Notes under the pieces: model-generated
Databases searched by the model: none
The model's input: only the letters and a program-made list of their open reading frames with translations
What the model was told of the DNA's origin: nothing
Made by a program: the position numbers and the translations under genes
Shown here: positions 27,389 to 37,119 of the stretch, in pieces
Numbering within the stretch: the first letter of the stretch is position 1
Layout: every line of letters begins with the position of its first letter
From: Candidatus Iainarchaeum sp.
GTDB lineage: Archaea > Iainarchaeota > Iainarchaeia > Iainarchaeales > CSSED10-239
DNA: 64,000 bases
NCBI GenBank assembly: GCA_028700115.1
Contig: JAQVTI010000002.1
Span: forward strand, 418 to 64,417
Direction: 5' to 3'

Positions 27389-27517
27389 TTTTTTTATTTT
27401 TTTTAAATTAAAAAGTATTTTTATTTTTTTTATAATTATATTTTTTTATATTTAATTATTATTAGTTAATTATATAAAGTATTTCAACATATTATATATA
27501 TAAAATAAGTGGTTTAT

Positions 27518-28243
27518 ATGAAAGATACTTCTATTGTTTCTCTTTTAAGAGATTTAAATTTAACAGAATATGAAGCAAAAGCATTAACTACTTTATTTAA
27601 ATTTTCTGAATCTGATGCTCCAACAATTAGTAGAAATTCTCAAATTCCAAAAACAAGAATTTATGATGTTTTAGATAAGCTTAAAGCAAAAGGTTTAGTT
27701 TTAGAGGTTTATAAATCTCCAAAAACTTTTAAAGTTATTAATCCTAATGAAATTTTTAGTCAACTAATTGATTCTAAGAAAAAAGAATTTGACTTACTTT
27801 CTAAAAAAGTAGATGATGTTGTAGCAAATAAAAATTGGGATGTTGAACTTTCTTCTAATAAGGAAAAAATTTTGCAAGTTAATAATTTAAATGATTATAA
27901 TAAATATTTATCTCAAGAATTAAATTCTGCTGAAAAAGAAGTTTTGGGATTTACTCATATTGATCAAAGAATTGATTCTTTAAAGTCTCTTATTCCTAGA
28001 GATAATTTAGGCATTAAGATTTTAACAAATCCAATGACTAAAGTCCATAATTTACCTAAACATTTTTCAGTTCAAGAAATTAATCATTCTATGGATGCTT
28101 TTGTTTTAGATAAACATAAAGTTATTATGGCTCTTACAGATCTTTCTGAAGCCAAAAAAAGTTATCATTTAACTGTTTTAGAAAATAATCTATCTCTTGC
28201 AAATGCTTTATCTACTCATTTTAATTCTTATTGGAAAAAATAG
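27518..28243 (+). CDS. TrmB-family winged-helix transcriptional regulator
   Basis: LNLTEYEAKALTTL ... ISRNSQIPKTRIYDVLDKLKAKGLV. Confidence 0.7.
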   Translation: MKDTSIVSLLRDLNLTEYEAKALTTLFKFSESDAPTISRNSQIPKTRIYDVLDKLKAKGLVLEVYKSPKTFKVINPNEIFSQLIDSKKKEFDLLSKKVDDVVANKNWDVELSSNKEKILQVNNLNDYNKYLSQELNSAEKEVLGFTHIDQRIDSLKSLIPRDNLGIKILTNPMTKVHNLPKHFSVQEINHSMDAFVLDKHKVIMALTDLSEAKKSYHLTVLENNLSLANALSTHFNSYWKK

Positions 28244-28323
28244 TTTTATTTTTTAAATACATTCTCTTTTTATATTTTTCTAATTATATATTTTTATAAA
28301 AAATTAAAAAAAAGTTTTATAAT

Positions 28324-28785
28324 ATGTGTTTATTTAAAAAAAAAGGAAAAATAGATATTAAATTAGATTCTTATAATTTAAAATATGATGATTTTATTAA
28401 AGGTAAATTATTTATAAATATTAATAAAGATTTAATTGGAAAAGAATTATATATTAAATTAATTTCCTATAAATATGTAAAAGAATATGATTCTAATGGT
28501 AAAGCTTATAAAAATAAAAAAATTTTGTTTAATTTTAAACAATCTTTAGATAGTTTGAAAAATTATTCAAAAACAATTTCTCCTTTAGAATATTCTTTTA
28601 AAATTAAAATTCCTTCAAAAAATTCTATAGATCCATTAAATTCAACTAAAGTTGGGAATATTATTAATAAGATTTCTATATTTACAGGAAATAATTCAAA
28701 ACTTTATTGGGATTTAGAATCTAAATTAGTTGTAAAAAAAAGTCTCTTTAATATTAAAAAAAAAATTGATTTAAATATTAATTAA
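28324..28785 (+). CDS. hypothetical protein (possibly an arrestin/Spo0M-like beta-sandwich)
   Basis: ORF track. Only a weak pattern resemblance. Confidence 0.25.
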   Translation: MCLFKKKGKIDIKLDSYNLKYDDFIKGKLFININKDLIGKELYIKLISYKYVKEYDSNGKAYKNKKILFNFKQSLDSLKNYSKTISPLEYSFKIKIPSKNSIDPLNSTKVGNIINKISIFTGNNSKLYWDLESKLVVKKSLFNIKKKIDLNIN

Positions 28786-29265
28786 TTTTTTTTAACAGAA
28801 TATTTATATTTATAAAAATTTATATTTTCTATTTTTATATATTAATAATTATAATAAATTTATTTAAATTTATTTTATAATATATTTTGAAAAAAAATTA
28901 AATTAATTTTATTTTTTATTTTTTATTTTATTTTTTTAGTTATATAATAAAATTTAGGTTATATTTTTTTGAAAATCCTAATTTTTTTAACATAAATTTT
29001 AAATAATTAATATAAATATACATATTAGTTTAATAGTTATAGATGATCATAATTATGATATATTATTATATATATTATTTTATCTTTGTTAAGTTTATTT
29101 TATAAATAATAATATATCTTAAGAATAATATTTTTTATTTTTAATTTTTTTATAATATTTTTTTTAAAAAAATCTATTTATAAAGCTTATTGTGCTTATA
29201 TTATATATTACTTTTTTTATTTTACAAAATAAAATAAACCGATGACATTTAAGGAGGTAGTTTGT

Positions 29266-29694
29266 ATGTCTGAATTTGTAAAATTTACTGTGTCAGATGA
29301 TCTATTAAATCTTCAAACTGAAGTTTTTAAAAAAATATCTAAGTCTGGTAAAGTAAAAATTGGTATAAATGAAGTTACTAAAGCTGTAGAGAGGTCTAAT
29401 GCAAAATTAATTGCTATTGCAGAAGATGTTACTCCTGTAGAAATTGTAATGCATTTACCAATAATTTGTAAAGAAAAAAATATACCTTTTACTTATTTTA
29501 AAACAAAAGATGATTTAGGAAAAGCTGTAGGTATATCTGCAAAAGCAAGTTCTATTGCTATTTTAGATGCTGGAGTTGCTCAAAAAGAATTAACTTCATT
29601 AATTACAAAAATTAATGATTTAATTGGTGGAAAAAAAGAAGAAAAACCAAAAGAAGTTAAAGAAAAACCAAAAGAAGCTGAAGATAAAGAGTAG
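29266..29694 (+). CDS. rpl7ae: 50S ribosomal protein L7Ae with a Lys/Glu-rich C-terminal tail
   Basis: GINEVTKAVERSNAKLIAIAEDV motif. ATG at 29266 after an AAGGAGGT SD. Confidence 0.9.
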   Translation: MSEFVKFTVSDDLLNLQTEVFKKISKSGKVKIGINEVTKAVERSNAKLIAIAEDVTPVEIVMHLPIICKEKNIPFTYFKTKDDLGKAVGISAKASSIAILDAGVAQKELTSLITKINDLIGGKKEEKPKEVKEKPKEAEDKE

Positions 29695-29707
29695 TGGGGT
29701 GTTTTAA

Positions 29708-29917
29708 ATGGCTGATGAAGGAATACCTGCAGAAGTTGTAGAAATTGTAGGTAGAACTGGTTCAAGAGGAGAAGCTACTCAAGTTCTTTGTAAAGTTTTA
29801 GATGGTTATGAAAAGGGAAGAATAAAAAAAAGAAATGTTAAAGGTAATGTTAGACTTGGAGACATTTTATTATTATTAAACCCTGAAACAGAAGCAAAGG
29901 ATATTAATTCTAGGTGA
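29708..29917 (+). CDS. rps28e: 30S ribosomal protein S28e
   Basis: GRTGSRGEATQV and RNVKGNVRLGDIL motifs. Confidence 0.9.
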   Translation: MADEGIPAEVVEIVGRTGSRGEATQVLCKVLDGYEKGRIKKRNVKGNVRLGDILLLLNPETEAKDINSR

Positions 29918-29922
29918 TTGTT

Positions 29923-30117
29923 ATGAAATGTACATTTTGTGGTAAAGAAATTCCAGAAGGTTCTGGAATTATATATGCTAAAAAAGATGGTACTGTTTAT
30001 AACTTCTGTTCTAGTAAATGTAAAATAACTGTTCTTAATAAAAAATATAAACCACATAGAACAAAATGGACAGATAAATATCATCTTGAAAAATCAAGAA
30101 TTAAGAAAAAAATTTAA
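29923..30117 (+). CDS. rpl24e: 50S ribosomal protein L24e
   Basis: CTFCGKEIPEGSG ... FCSSKC zinc ribbon. Confidence 0.9.
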   Translation: MKCTFCGKEIPEGSGIIYAKKDGTVYNFCSSKCKITVLNKKYKPHRTKWTDKYHLEKSRIKKKI

Positions 30118-30168
30118 TTTTTTTCTTTTCTCTTCTTTAAAAAATATAATTTTTAATTTGGTGATTTA

Positions 30169-31908
30169 TTGTATAGGCAACCTATAATAACAATTATGGG
30201 TCATATAGACTCTGGTAAAACCACTTTTCTAGATAAAATTAAAGGAAGTAGTATTGCAAAATTAGAAGCTGGAAAAATTACTCAACATATTGGTGCTACA
30301 GAGATTACTTTAGATGTTATTAAAAAAATGTGTTTTCATTTATTTAATAAATATAAATTTGATGTTACTATTCCTGGGTTATTATTTATAGATACTCCTG
30401 GGCATAATGCTTTTGATAATTTAAGAGAAAGAGGTGGATCTCTTGCAGATCTTGTTGTTTTAGTTATAGATATTAATAAAGGTTTACAAGCTCAAGATAT
30501 TGAAACTTTAGAAATTTTAAAAATGTATAAAGTTCCTTTTATTATTTTAGCAAATAAAGTTGATTTAATTAAAGGATGGTATCAAGAAGGAAAAGATATT
30601 TCTTTTTCTTTATCAAAACAATCTAAAAATATTTCAGATTATTTAGATGAATTAATCTACAAAATTGTTGGGCAATTATATGATAAAGGATTTTCTGCAG
30701 AAAGATTTGATAGAGTTTCTGACTTTAAAAAACAAATTGCAATTATTCCTACTTCTGCAGAAAAAGAATGGGGGCTTACAGAATCAATTTTATTTCTTGC
30801 CACTTTAAGTCAAAAATTTTTAGGTACAAGAATAACAATTCAAGAATTTCAAAAAGCACAAGGTACCATTTTAGAACTTGGTGAAGTTAAAGGTATTGGA
30901 ACTGCAGCAGATGTAATTATTTATCAGGGAATTTTGAAATTAAAGGATAGAATTTCTTTTTTAACAAAACAAGGTATTATTGAATCAAAAGTTAAAGCTT
31001 TATTAAAAATTAATGTTTTAAGTGCAATTAATAAAAAAACAAATTTTGAAAATGTTGAATTTGTTTCTGCTGCAAGTGGTGTTAAAATTATTGCTCCAGA
31101 TTTAGATAAATGTCTTCCAGGTAGTGTTATTGTTTCTTCAGAAGATTTAGATGCTATTAAAAATTTAAAAGAAAGACCTCTTTCTTGTGTAATTAATTCT
31201 GAACAAGAAGGTGCTTTTATAAAAACAGATACTTTAGGGTCTTTAGAAGCTTTAACAAAGCTTTTAGAAAAAAATAATATTTGTATTGCAAAAGCAGATA
31301 TTGGTGAAGTTACACAAAAAGATTATCTTGAATTAAAAATTTTAAATGAACAAAATAAAAAAAAAGGTGTTTTATTTTTATTTAATTCTAAAATTTCAAA
31401 AGATTTAGAAGAAAAATCAGAAAAAGATAAAATACCTATATTTAAAAATAATATTATCTATAAATTAATTGAAGATTATAATGATTGGCTTTTAAAAATA
31501 AATGATGATGAAAGAAATAAAATTTTAAAAGAAATAGTTTATCCTTGTAAATTTAAAATTTTAAAAAATCATATTTTTAGAACAAGTAAACCTGCTATCG
31601 TAGGAATTAAAGTTTTAATTGGTAAATTAGTTGTTGGTGCAAGAATTATTAATTCTGGAAATAAAGAAATTGGTGTTATTCAAGGTATTCAAAATGATGG
31701 AAAAGCAATTTCTGTTTTAGAAGAAGAAAAAGAATCTGCAATTTCAATCAAAAATGCAGTTTATTTAAAAGATTTTAAAGAAGAAGATGTTTTTGAAGTT
31801 TTATTAACAAATGATTCTTTAGAAAAATTAGATTCTTTAAAAGATGAATTAACAGATAAAGAATTAGAGCTTATTTCTAAAGCTAAAATGAGAAGATATA
31901 GTTTATAA
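30169..31908 (+). CDS. infB: translation initiation factor aIF5B (IF2 family GTPase)
   Basis: GHIDSGKTT, DTPGH and NKVD G-motifs. TTG start after a GGTGA SD. Confidence 0.9.
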   Translation: MYRQPIITIMGHIDSGKTTFLDKIKGSSIAKLEAGKITQHIGATEITLDVIKKMCFHLFNKYKFDVTIPGLLFIDTPGHNAFDNLRERGGSLADLVVLVIDINKGLQAQDIETLEILKMYKVPFIILANKVDLIKGWYQEGKDISFSLSKQSKNISDYLDELIYKIVGQLYDKGFSAERFDRVSDFKKQIAIIPTSAEKEWGLTESILFLATLSQKFLGTRITIQEFQKAQGTILELGEVKGIGTAADVIIYQGILKLKDRISFLTKQGIIESKVKALLKINVLSAINKKTNFENVEFVSAASGVKIIAPDLDKCLPGSVIVSSEDLDAIKNLKERPLSCVINSEQEGAFIKTDTLGSLEALTKLLEKNNICIAKADIGEVTQKDYLELKILNEQNKKKGVLFLFNSKISKDLEEKSEKDKIPIFKNNIIYKLIEDYNDWLLKINDDERNKILKEIVYPCKFKILKNHIFRTSKPAIVGIKVLIGKLVVGARIINSGNKEIGVIQGIQNDGKAISVLEEEKESAISIKNAVYLKDFKEEDVFEVLLTNDSLEKLDSLKDELTDKELELISKAKMRRYSL

Positions 31909-31931
31909 TTTTTAAAAAATGAGGTGTAATT

Positions 31932-32321
31932 ATGAAGTTAAATATTTCAGATCCAAAAACATCTAAAACCTATTCTGTAGATGCAGATGAAAAAATGGAA
32001 TTATTGTTATTAGGTAAAAAATTAAAAGATGAAATTGAATTATCTTTTATAACTCCTGGTTTAAAAGCAATAATTACTGGCGGGGCTGATAAAGATGGTT
32101 TTCCAATGCATCCTTCTTTTGATTCTGAGCTTAGAAAAAAAATGCTTCTTTCTGGAGGAGTTGGATTTAAACCTAAAAGAAAAGGTGAAAGAAGAAGAAA
32201 AAGAGTTTGTGGTAGAATTATATCTAAGCATATTCAGTTAGTTAATTTAAAAATTACTTCTGGGGATACAAAAATTTTAGATGAAAAATATATTAAACCA
32301 AAAGAAGAAAAGAAAGAATGA
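31932..32321 (+). CDS. rps6e: 30S ribosomal protein S6e
   Basis: GGADKDGFPM and KGERRRK motifs. Confidence 0.9.
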   Translation: MKLNISDPKTSKTYSVDADEKMELLLLGKKLKDEIELSFITPGLKAIITGGADKDGFPMHPSFDSELRKKMLLSGGVGFKPKRKGERRRKRVCGRIISKHIQLVNLKITSGDTKILDEKYIKPKEEKKE

Positions 32322-32406
32322 TTTTTAGATTAAGACTTTATTAGATATTTTTAAGTTAAAAAATATTTAAATATAAAATTATTTTATAAAAAAAGGATTT
32401 GTTAAA

Positions 32407-33600
32407 ATGAATAAATTAAAACAAGCAGAAGTAAATATTGGTGTTATAGGACATGTTGACCATGGGAAAACAACTTTAACATCTAAACTTACAGGTAGAT
32501 GGACAGATAGGCATTCAGAAGAAATAAAACAAGGTATTTCTATAAAGCTTGGATATGCTGATGCTGAGTTTTATAAAGATCCTACAATTGAAGGTATTAC
32601 TTCATATTGTTCTTCTAAAAAACATCCTTTAACAGGAAATAAAACTGAACTTGTAAGAAAAGTTTCTTTTGTAGATACTCCTGGTCATGAAACATTGATG
32701 GCAGTTATGCTTTCTGGGGCAACTTTATTAAATGGTGCAATTTTAGTTGTTGCTGCAAATGAAGAATGCCCACAACCAAGAACTATTGAACATCTTATGG
32801 CTTTAAAGATGCATGGTTTAAAAAATATTGTAGTTGCACAAAATAAAATTGATTTAGTTTCAAAAGATAAAGCTATTGAAAATTATAATAATTTACGAGC
32901 TTTTTTAGATAAAGAAGGATATAAAGATGCTCCAATTATTCCTACATCTGCGCATTTTGATACAAATATAGATGCTTTGATTTATGCTTTAATAAAATAC
33001 ATACCTGTTCCTAAATTTAAAGAAGATGTTCCTTTAAGAATGCAAATAGTAAGGTCTTTTGATGTTAATATACCTGGTACAAATATAAATGATTTAAAAG
33101 GTGGTATTTTAGGGGGGGCTATTTTAGAAGGGAATATAAAGGTTGGTCAAAAAGTATTTATTTATCCAGGTATTGAAAAACCTTTAGAATTTGAAGTAGT
33201 TTCTTTAAATGCAGGAGATTGTTCTATAGATAAAGCAATTCCTGGTGGGCTTATTGCAGTTGGTACAAAGCTTGATCCTTTTATATGTTATTCAGATAAA
33301 ATGGTTGGTCAAATTATTTGTGATGAAAAATCAAAGCCAATAGTTTCAAATAATTTTGATATAATTTATAATGCTGTTGAAATTTTAAAAGATTCTAATA
33401 AAACAAAAATAAAAGTTGGAGAAAAAATTGTAATTGTAATTGGTTCTGCAGCTCATTTAGCTTTAGTTAAGAAAGTTAAAAATGATTTTATGGAATTAAT
33501 TTTATCAAAACCTGCTGTTTTTTATAAATTAGATAAAGTTGCAATTAGTAGAAATATAAATAGTAGATGGAGACTTTCAGGTTATGGTGAAGTTAAATAA
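32407..33600 (+). CDS. eif2g: translation initiation factor aIF2 gamma subunit
   Basis: GHVDHGKTT, DTPGHE and QNKIDL motifs. Confidence 0.95.
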   Translation: MNKLKQAEVNIGVIGHVDHGKTTLTSKLTGRWTDRHSEEIKQGISIKLGYADAEFYKDPTIEGITSYCSSKKHPLTGNKTELVRKVSFVDTPGHETLMAVMLSGATLLNGAILVVAANEECPQPRTIEHLMALKMHGLKNIVVAQNKIDLVSKDKAIENYNNLRAFLDKEGYKDAPIIPTSAHFDTNIDALIYALIKYIPVPKFKEDVPLRMQIVRSFDVNIPGTNINDLKGGILGGAILEGNIKVGQKVFIYPGIEKPLEFEVVSLNAGDCSIDKAIPGGLIAVGTKLDPFICYSDKMVGQIICDEKSKPIVSNNFDIIYNAVEILKDSNKTKIKVGEKIVIVIGSAAHLALVKKVKNDFMELILSKPAVFYKLDKVAISRNINSRWRLSGYGEVK

Positions 33601-33991
33601 AGTTTTAATAGATACAAATGTATTAATTTATATGTATGAAAATAAAAAAGATATTTTTGATGAGGTAAATATTATAATCCCAGATGCAGAATTTTTTATA
33701 TTAGATAAAGTTTTTGAAGAACTTTCTAAAGTTTTAAAAAACAAACCAAATAAATGCAGATTAATTATAAATTATTTAAAAAAATTATTAGATTTAAATA
33801 AATTTAAAATTTTAGAAGTAAATTCTGAAATTATTAACAAACATCCAAAATTTCAAAAAATAGATAACTTATTAATATATTTTAGTAATAAATATATAAT
33901 ATATACAAATGATAAAAAATTAAAAGATAAAATAAAAAAATTTAGAAATAGAGTTTTAGTTTTAAAAAATAATGGAGTTTTATTATCTTAA
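33584..33991 (+). CDS. PIN-domain protein
   Basis: VLIDTNVLIY N-terminal PIN motif. Conserved archaeal position between aIF2gamma and Rpo7. Confidence 0.7.
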   Translation: MVKLNKVLIDTNVLIYMYENKKDIFDEVNIIIPDAEFFILDKVFEELSKVLKNKPNKCRLIINYLKKLLDLNKFKILEVNSEIINKHPKFQKIDNLLIYFSNKYIIYTNDKKLKDKIKKFRNRVLVLKNNGVLLS

Positions 33992-34060
33992 TTATTTTAA
34001 AAAAGTATTTTAATTTTTAAAATAAAAAATTTAAGTAAATTTAAAAAAGGTGTATTTTGA

Positions 34061-34675
34061 ATGTATAATAAATATAATATAGATGGTATTGTTGCAGTAT
34101 CTCCATTAAGTCTTTCTGGGGAATTAAAAGATATTATTTTAGATCAATTAAGTAAAGATTATGAAGGTATTATGGATAAAGATATTGGTCTTATCTTATG
34201 TGTTACTGATGTTTTAGAACATAGTGATGGAGAAATTATTGCAGGAGATTCAAATGTTTTTTTTAAAGTTAAATTTTCAGTAGTTTCTTTTATGCCAAAA
34301 CTTCATGAAATTATAAGAGGTAAAGTTTCACAAGCAACAGATTTTGGTGCATTTATAAATATAGGTCCTTTTGAAGGTCTTTGTCATGTTTCTCAAGTTA
34401 TGCCTGATTTTAATTCTTATAATCCAGAACTCCCAGGTTTTTCTGCAAAAGATAGTAATAAAATTTTAGTTGTTGAAGATAAAGTTCTTACTAGAATTGC
34501 AAATATTAGTTTTAAAAAAACAATTGCAGATACAAAAATTGGTCTTACAATGAGACAAGATGGACTTGGAAAAGAAGAATGGCTTTTAATGGATTCAAAA
34601 TCTACTAAAAAGAAAACTTCTAAAAGAAATATATCTTCTAAAGAATCCACAAGAAAAAAAGGTGGTAAAAAATGA
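34061..34675 (+). CDS. rpoE: DNA-directed RNA polymerase subunit E' (Rpo7) with a Lys-rich tail
   Basis: S1-domain motif GKVSQATDFGAFINIGPFEGLCHVSQ. Confidence 0.85.
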   Translation: MYNKYNIDGIVAVSPLSLSGELKDIILDQLSKDYEGIMDKDIGLILCVTDVLEHSDGEIIAGDSNVFFKVKFSVVSFMPKLHEIIRGKVSQATDFGAFINIGPFEGLCHVSQVMPDFNSYNPELPGFSAKDSNKILVVEDKVLTRIANISFKKTIADTKIGLTMRQDGLGKEEWLLMDSKSTKKKTSKRNISSKESTRKKGGKK

Positions 34676-34896
34676 ATAAAAAAGTTTGTAGAAAATGTAG
34701 AAAAATAATTGAAGAAACAGAACCTAATAATTCTGGAAAAGAAGAATATTTAAAAATTTGTCCTGTTTGTGGTTCTTCTAATTTTACTACATTTTGGAAA
34801 GGTACTGCATTGATTATAGATTTTGAGAAATCAGAAATTGGAAAAGCAATGGGAGTAGAAACTCCTGGTAAATATGCTTTAAGATTAAGTAGATAA
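34672..34896 (+). CDS. spt4: transcription elongation factor Spt4 (RpoE'')
   Basis: CRKC ... CPVCGS zinc ribbon. Position after Rpo7. Confidence 0.8.
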   Translation: MNKKVCRKCRKIIEETEPNNSGKEEYLKICPVCGSSNFTTFWKGTALIIDFEKSEIGKAMGVETPGKYALRLSR

Positions 34897-34903
34897 TTTT
34901 TAT

Positions 34904-35005
34904 TTAAAAATATAATATACTTAAAAATATAATATACTTAAAAATATAATATACTTAAAAATATAATATATTTAAAAATATAATATACTTAAAAACATAA
35001 ATATG
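34904..35005. repeat. 17-bp tandem repeat ttaaaaatataatatac x5 plus one degenerate copy (TATA-box-like units)
   Basis: Read directly: units start at 34904, 34921, 34938, 34955 and 34972, and the degenerate copy at 34989. Confidence 0.9.
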
Positions 35006-35097
35006 TTTTAAGAAAAATTTATTAAAATCTACGAAAGTAGTTTTTATAAATTTTAGTTTTTGCTCTCTCACAAAAATTAAGATTTTAGGTGAAAAAT

Positions 35098-35442
35098 ATG
35101 GATATTGAAATTGAAAAATCAAGAAATGATTTATTAAAAAGAACAAATGTTTTTGTAAAAATTAGATCTGCAAAAACTCCAAATAGAAAAGAGCTTTTAA
35201 AAAAAGTTTCTGCTGTTTTAGGAGTTAATGACAATTTAATTGTTATTGATAAAATTGTTCAAAATTTTGGTGAAAGAATATCAAATGCATATATTAAAGT
35301 TTATGATGATTTAAAAACATTAAAAGAATTAGAACTTGAATATAAGATTAAAAGAACAGGGATAATTGAAGAAGTTAAAGAAAAAATAGCTGATGATACA
35401 AATGATGATGCAAAAGATATTTTAAAAGAGGATAAGGAGTGA
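35098..35442 (+). CDS. rps24e: 30S ribosomal protein S24e
   Basis: NDLLKRTNVFVKI ... TPNRKEL ... KVYDD pattern. Confidence 0.85.
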   Translation: MDIEIEKSRNDLLKRTNVFVKIRSAKTPNRKELLKKVSAVLGVNDNLIVIDKIVQNFGERISNAYIKVYDDLKTLKELELEYKIKRTGIIEEVKEKIADDTNDDAKDILKEDKE

Positions 35443-35448
35443 TTTTTA

Positions 35449-35676
35449 ATGGCTAAAAAGAAAGGATCAAAAGGCGAAAAAAAAGGAAAAAAAGTTATTA
35501 AAAAAACTGTTAATATTAAAAAAAGTCAATTTTATAAAATATCTGGAGAAACTGTTCAAAGACTTGGAAAAGATTGTCCTAAATGTGGTGTCGGTGTAAA
35601 AATGGGTGCTCATAAATCTAATGATGGTAGAACTAGATATTCTTGTGGAAATTGTGGTATGACTATTTGGGAATAA
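35449..35676 (+). CDS. rps27ae: 30S ribosomal protein S27ae
   Basis: CPKCG ... CGNCG zinc ribbon after a Lys-rich N-terminus. Confidence 0.85.
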   Translation: MAKKKGSKGEKKGKKVIKKTVNIKKSQFYKISGETVQRLGKDCPKCGVGVKMGAHKSNDGRTRYSCGNCGMTIWE

Positions 35677-35884
35677 TTTTATTTAAAAAGGTGTTATTAT
35701 TGATATAATATTAGACCTTTTTCTTTTTTTCTTTCCAATTTATTTTATTTATTTTTTTAATAGAAAAATAAAGTTTAAAGATTTATTAAAAGAATTAGGT
35801 ATATCTAAAATTAATTTTAAAGTTTGTTTTAAAAAAAGTATAATTTTATATACTTCAATTTTTTTATTAAGTGTTTTATTAAGT

Positions 35885-36226
35885 TTGTTTTTTTTAATTT
35901 TTGGAATTGAAAATGATTTGCATCTTGTTGGGGATATTATAATTTCTTTTCCAATATTTTATATAATATATTTATTTGTAATTAGAGTTTTTTTAGAAGA
36001 ATGGTTTTTTAGAGCTTTTTTAACTAAAAAAACAGGAATTGTTATTTCTTCTTTAATTTTTGGTTTTGCACATTTTTCATATGGTTCTATTTTTGAAATA
36101 ATTGGTGCTTTTTTATTAGGTTTATTGCTTTCTTATAATTATAAAAAAAATAAAAATATTTTTCCAAATTATATTGCCCATTTACTTTATAATTTTACTG
36201 CTTATGCATTATTATTTATTGTATAA
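35885..36226 (+). CDS. CPBP-family (CAAX-type) intramembrane protease; the frame is open upstream to 35687 without a canonical start
   Basis: Motifs EEWFFRAF (EExxxR), FGFAHF (FxxxH) and HLLYNF (HxxxN). Confidence 0.65.
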   Translation: MFFLIFGIENDLHLVGDIIISFPIFYIIYLFVIRVFLEEWFFRAFLTKKTGIVISSLIFGFAHFSYGSIFEIIGAFLLGLLLSYNYKKNKNIFPNYIAHLLYNFTAYALLFIV

Positions 36227-36240
36227 TTTTTTAGAAATTT

Positions 36241-36972
36241 TTAATAATTCATAATCTTTTTAATATCTATTTTTTTATTATCTAAATTTTTAATTAAACC
36301 AGGAACATGTCCTGCCCCAACAACAATTACAATTTTATTAAATTCATCTTTTCTAAGAACTTGTTGTATTTGGAAAGCCATGTATTTATCTCTTTCATCA
36401 ATTAAAACTCTTTTAATAGTTTTATGTTTTTTAAGAAATATTTTTAAAATTTTATCAACAGTTTCACTTTGTTTTTTACTTTCTACATCTTTTAATAAAC
36501 TATCTACATTAAAATCTTTTCCAAGTTCTTTTTTTGTATTAAATCCTGAAAAAAATAATTTTAATTTATCTCTAAAAGTTAAAGATTTAATTAATTTATT
36601 TATGGTAAATTGTGCATTTCTATCTGCTAGAAGAATTTTTGCATTTACATTTTTTGCAGAAACTGCTGCTTGCATCATCTCTACACCTGGCTTTATTCCA
36701 AATCTTGCTGCCATTTTTTGTTGTGTTTTTCCTAAAATGTAGTATACTAAAAATAAAAAAGGTTTTTTTGCTCTAAAAACATCTTTTAATTTTGCTTCTT
36801 TTTTGTCTTTACTTGTCATTGATCTAAATCTTTCTATATCTAGTTCAATTGCAACAATGTCTGGAAGTTCTTTTTCAATTATTTCTTTTACTTGCATTGC
36901 ATTTTTTTTAGAAATGTGTGCTGTTCCAATAATTGTTATTTTTTTTCCTTCTTTTTCTATTTTTTTAATCAT
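36241..36972 (-). CDS. TraB/PrgY-family protein
   Basis: ITIIGTAHISKKNAMQVKEIIEKELPDIVAIELD N-terminal signature and GAGHVPG near the C-terminus. Confidence 0.75.
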   Translation of the reverse strand: MIKKIEKEGKKITIIGTAHISKKNAMQVKEIIEKELPDIVAIELDIERFRSMTSKDKKEAKLKDVFRAKKPFLFLVYYILGKTQQKMAARFGIKPGVEMMQAAVSAKNVNAKILLADRNAQFTINKLIKSLTFRDKLKLFFSGFNTKKELGKDFNVDSLLKDVESKKQSETVDKILKIFLKKHKTIKRVLIDERDKYMAFQIQQVLRKDEFNKIVIVVGAGHVPGLIKNLDNKKIDIKKIMNY

Positions 36973-37119
36973 TTTAATTCATTTTTTATTTTTTTTCAAA
37001 ATTAAATATATTTTTAAAAGAAATATATTTAAATATGTTTACAACAACTATAAAATATAATATAACTAATAGATGTTAGTTATTTAAAGATATTTAAAAT
37101 ATGTTAAAAAAGATTATTT

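Noticed and set aside
27252-27455. A 67-aa ORF overlapping the 3' end of rps2.
   Set aside because: It uses an alternative frame of the Lys/Asp-rich S2 tail and then runs into AT-only intergenic sequence. It is low-complexity and has no SD.
28786-29241. The 455-bp, almost purely AT intergenic region as a replication origin. It contains a 14-bp palindrome atcataattatgat at 29046-29059.
   Set aside because: I could not discern any repeated ORB-like element. No cdc6/orc1 gene is adjacent, and palindromes of this size are expected by chance at this AT content. It is more simply the promoter or spacer ahead of rpl7ae.
34904-35005. Possible CRISPR array. The same question applies to the arrays at 43845, 47579, 53770 and 54452.
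   Set aside because: The repeat units are directly adjacent with no unique spacers. They are only 11-33 bp long and AT-only, and no cas genes are present in the window.
34955-35146. A 63-aa minus-strand ORF spanning the 17-bp repeat array and the rps24e start.
   Set aside because: It is a product of translating the tandem repeat and the antisense of the rps24e 5' end, with no independent support.
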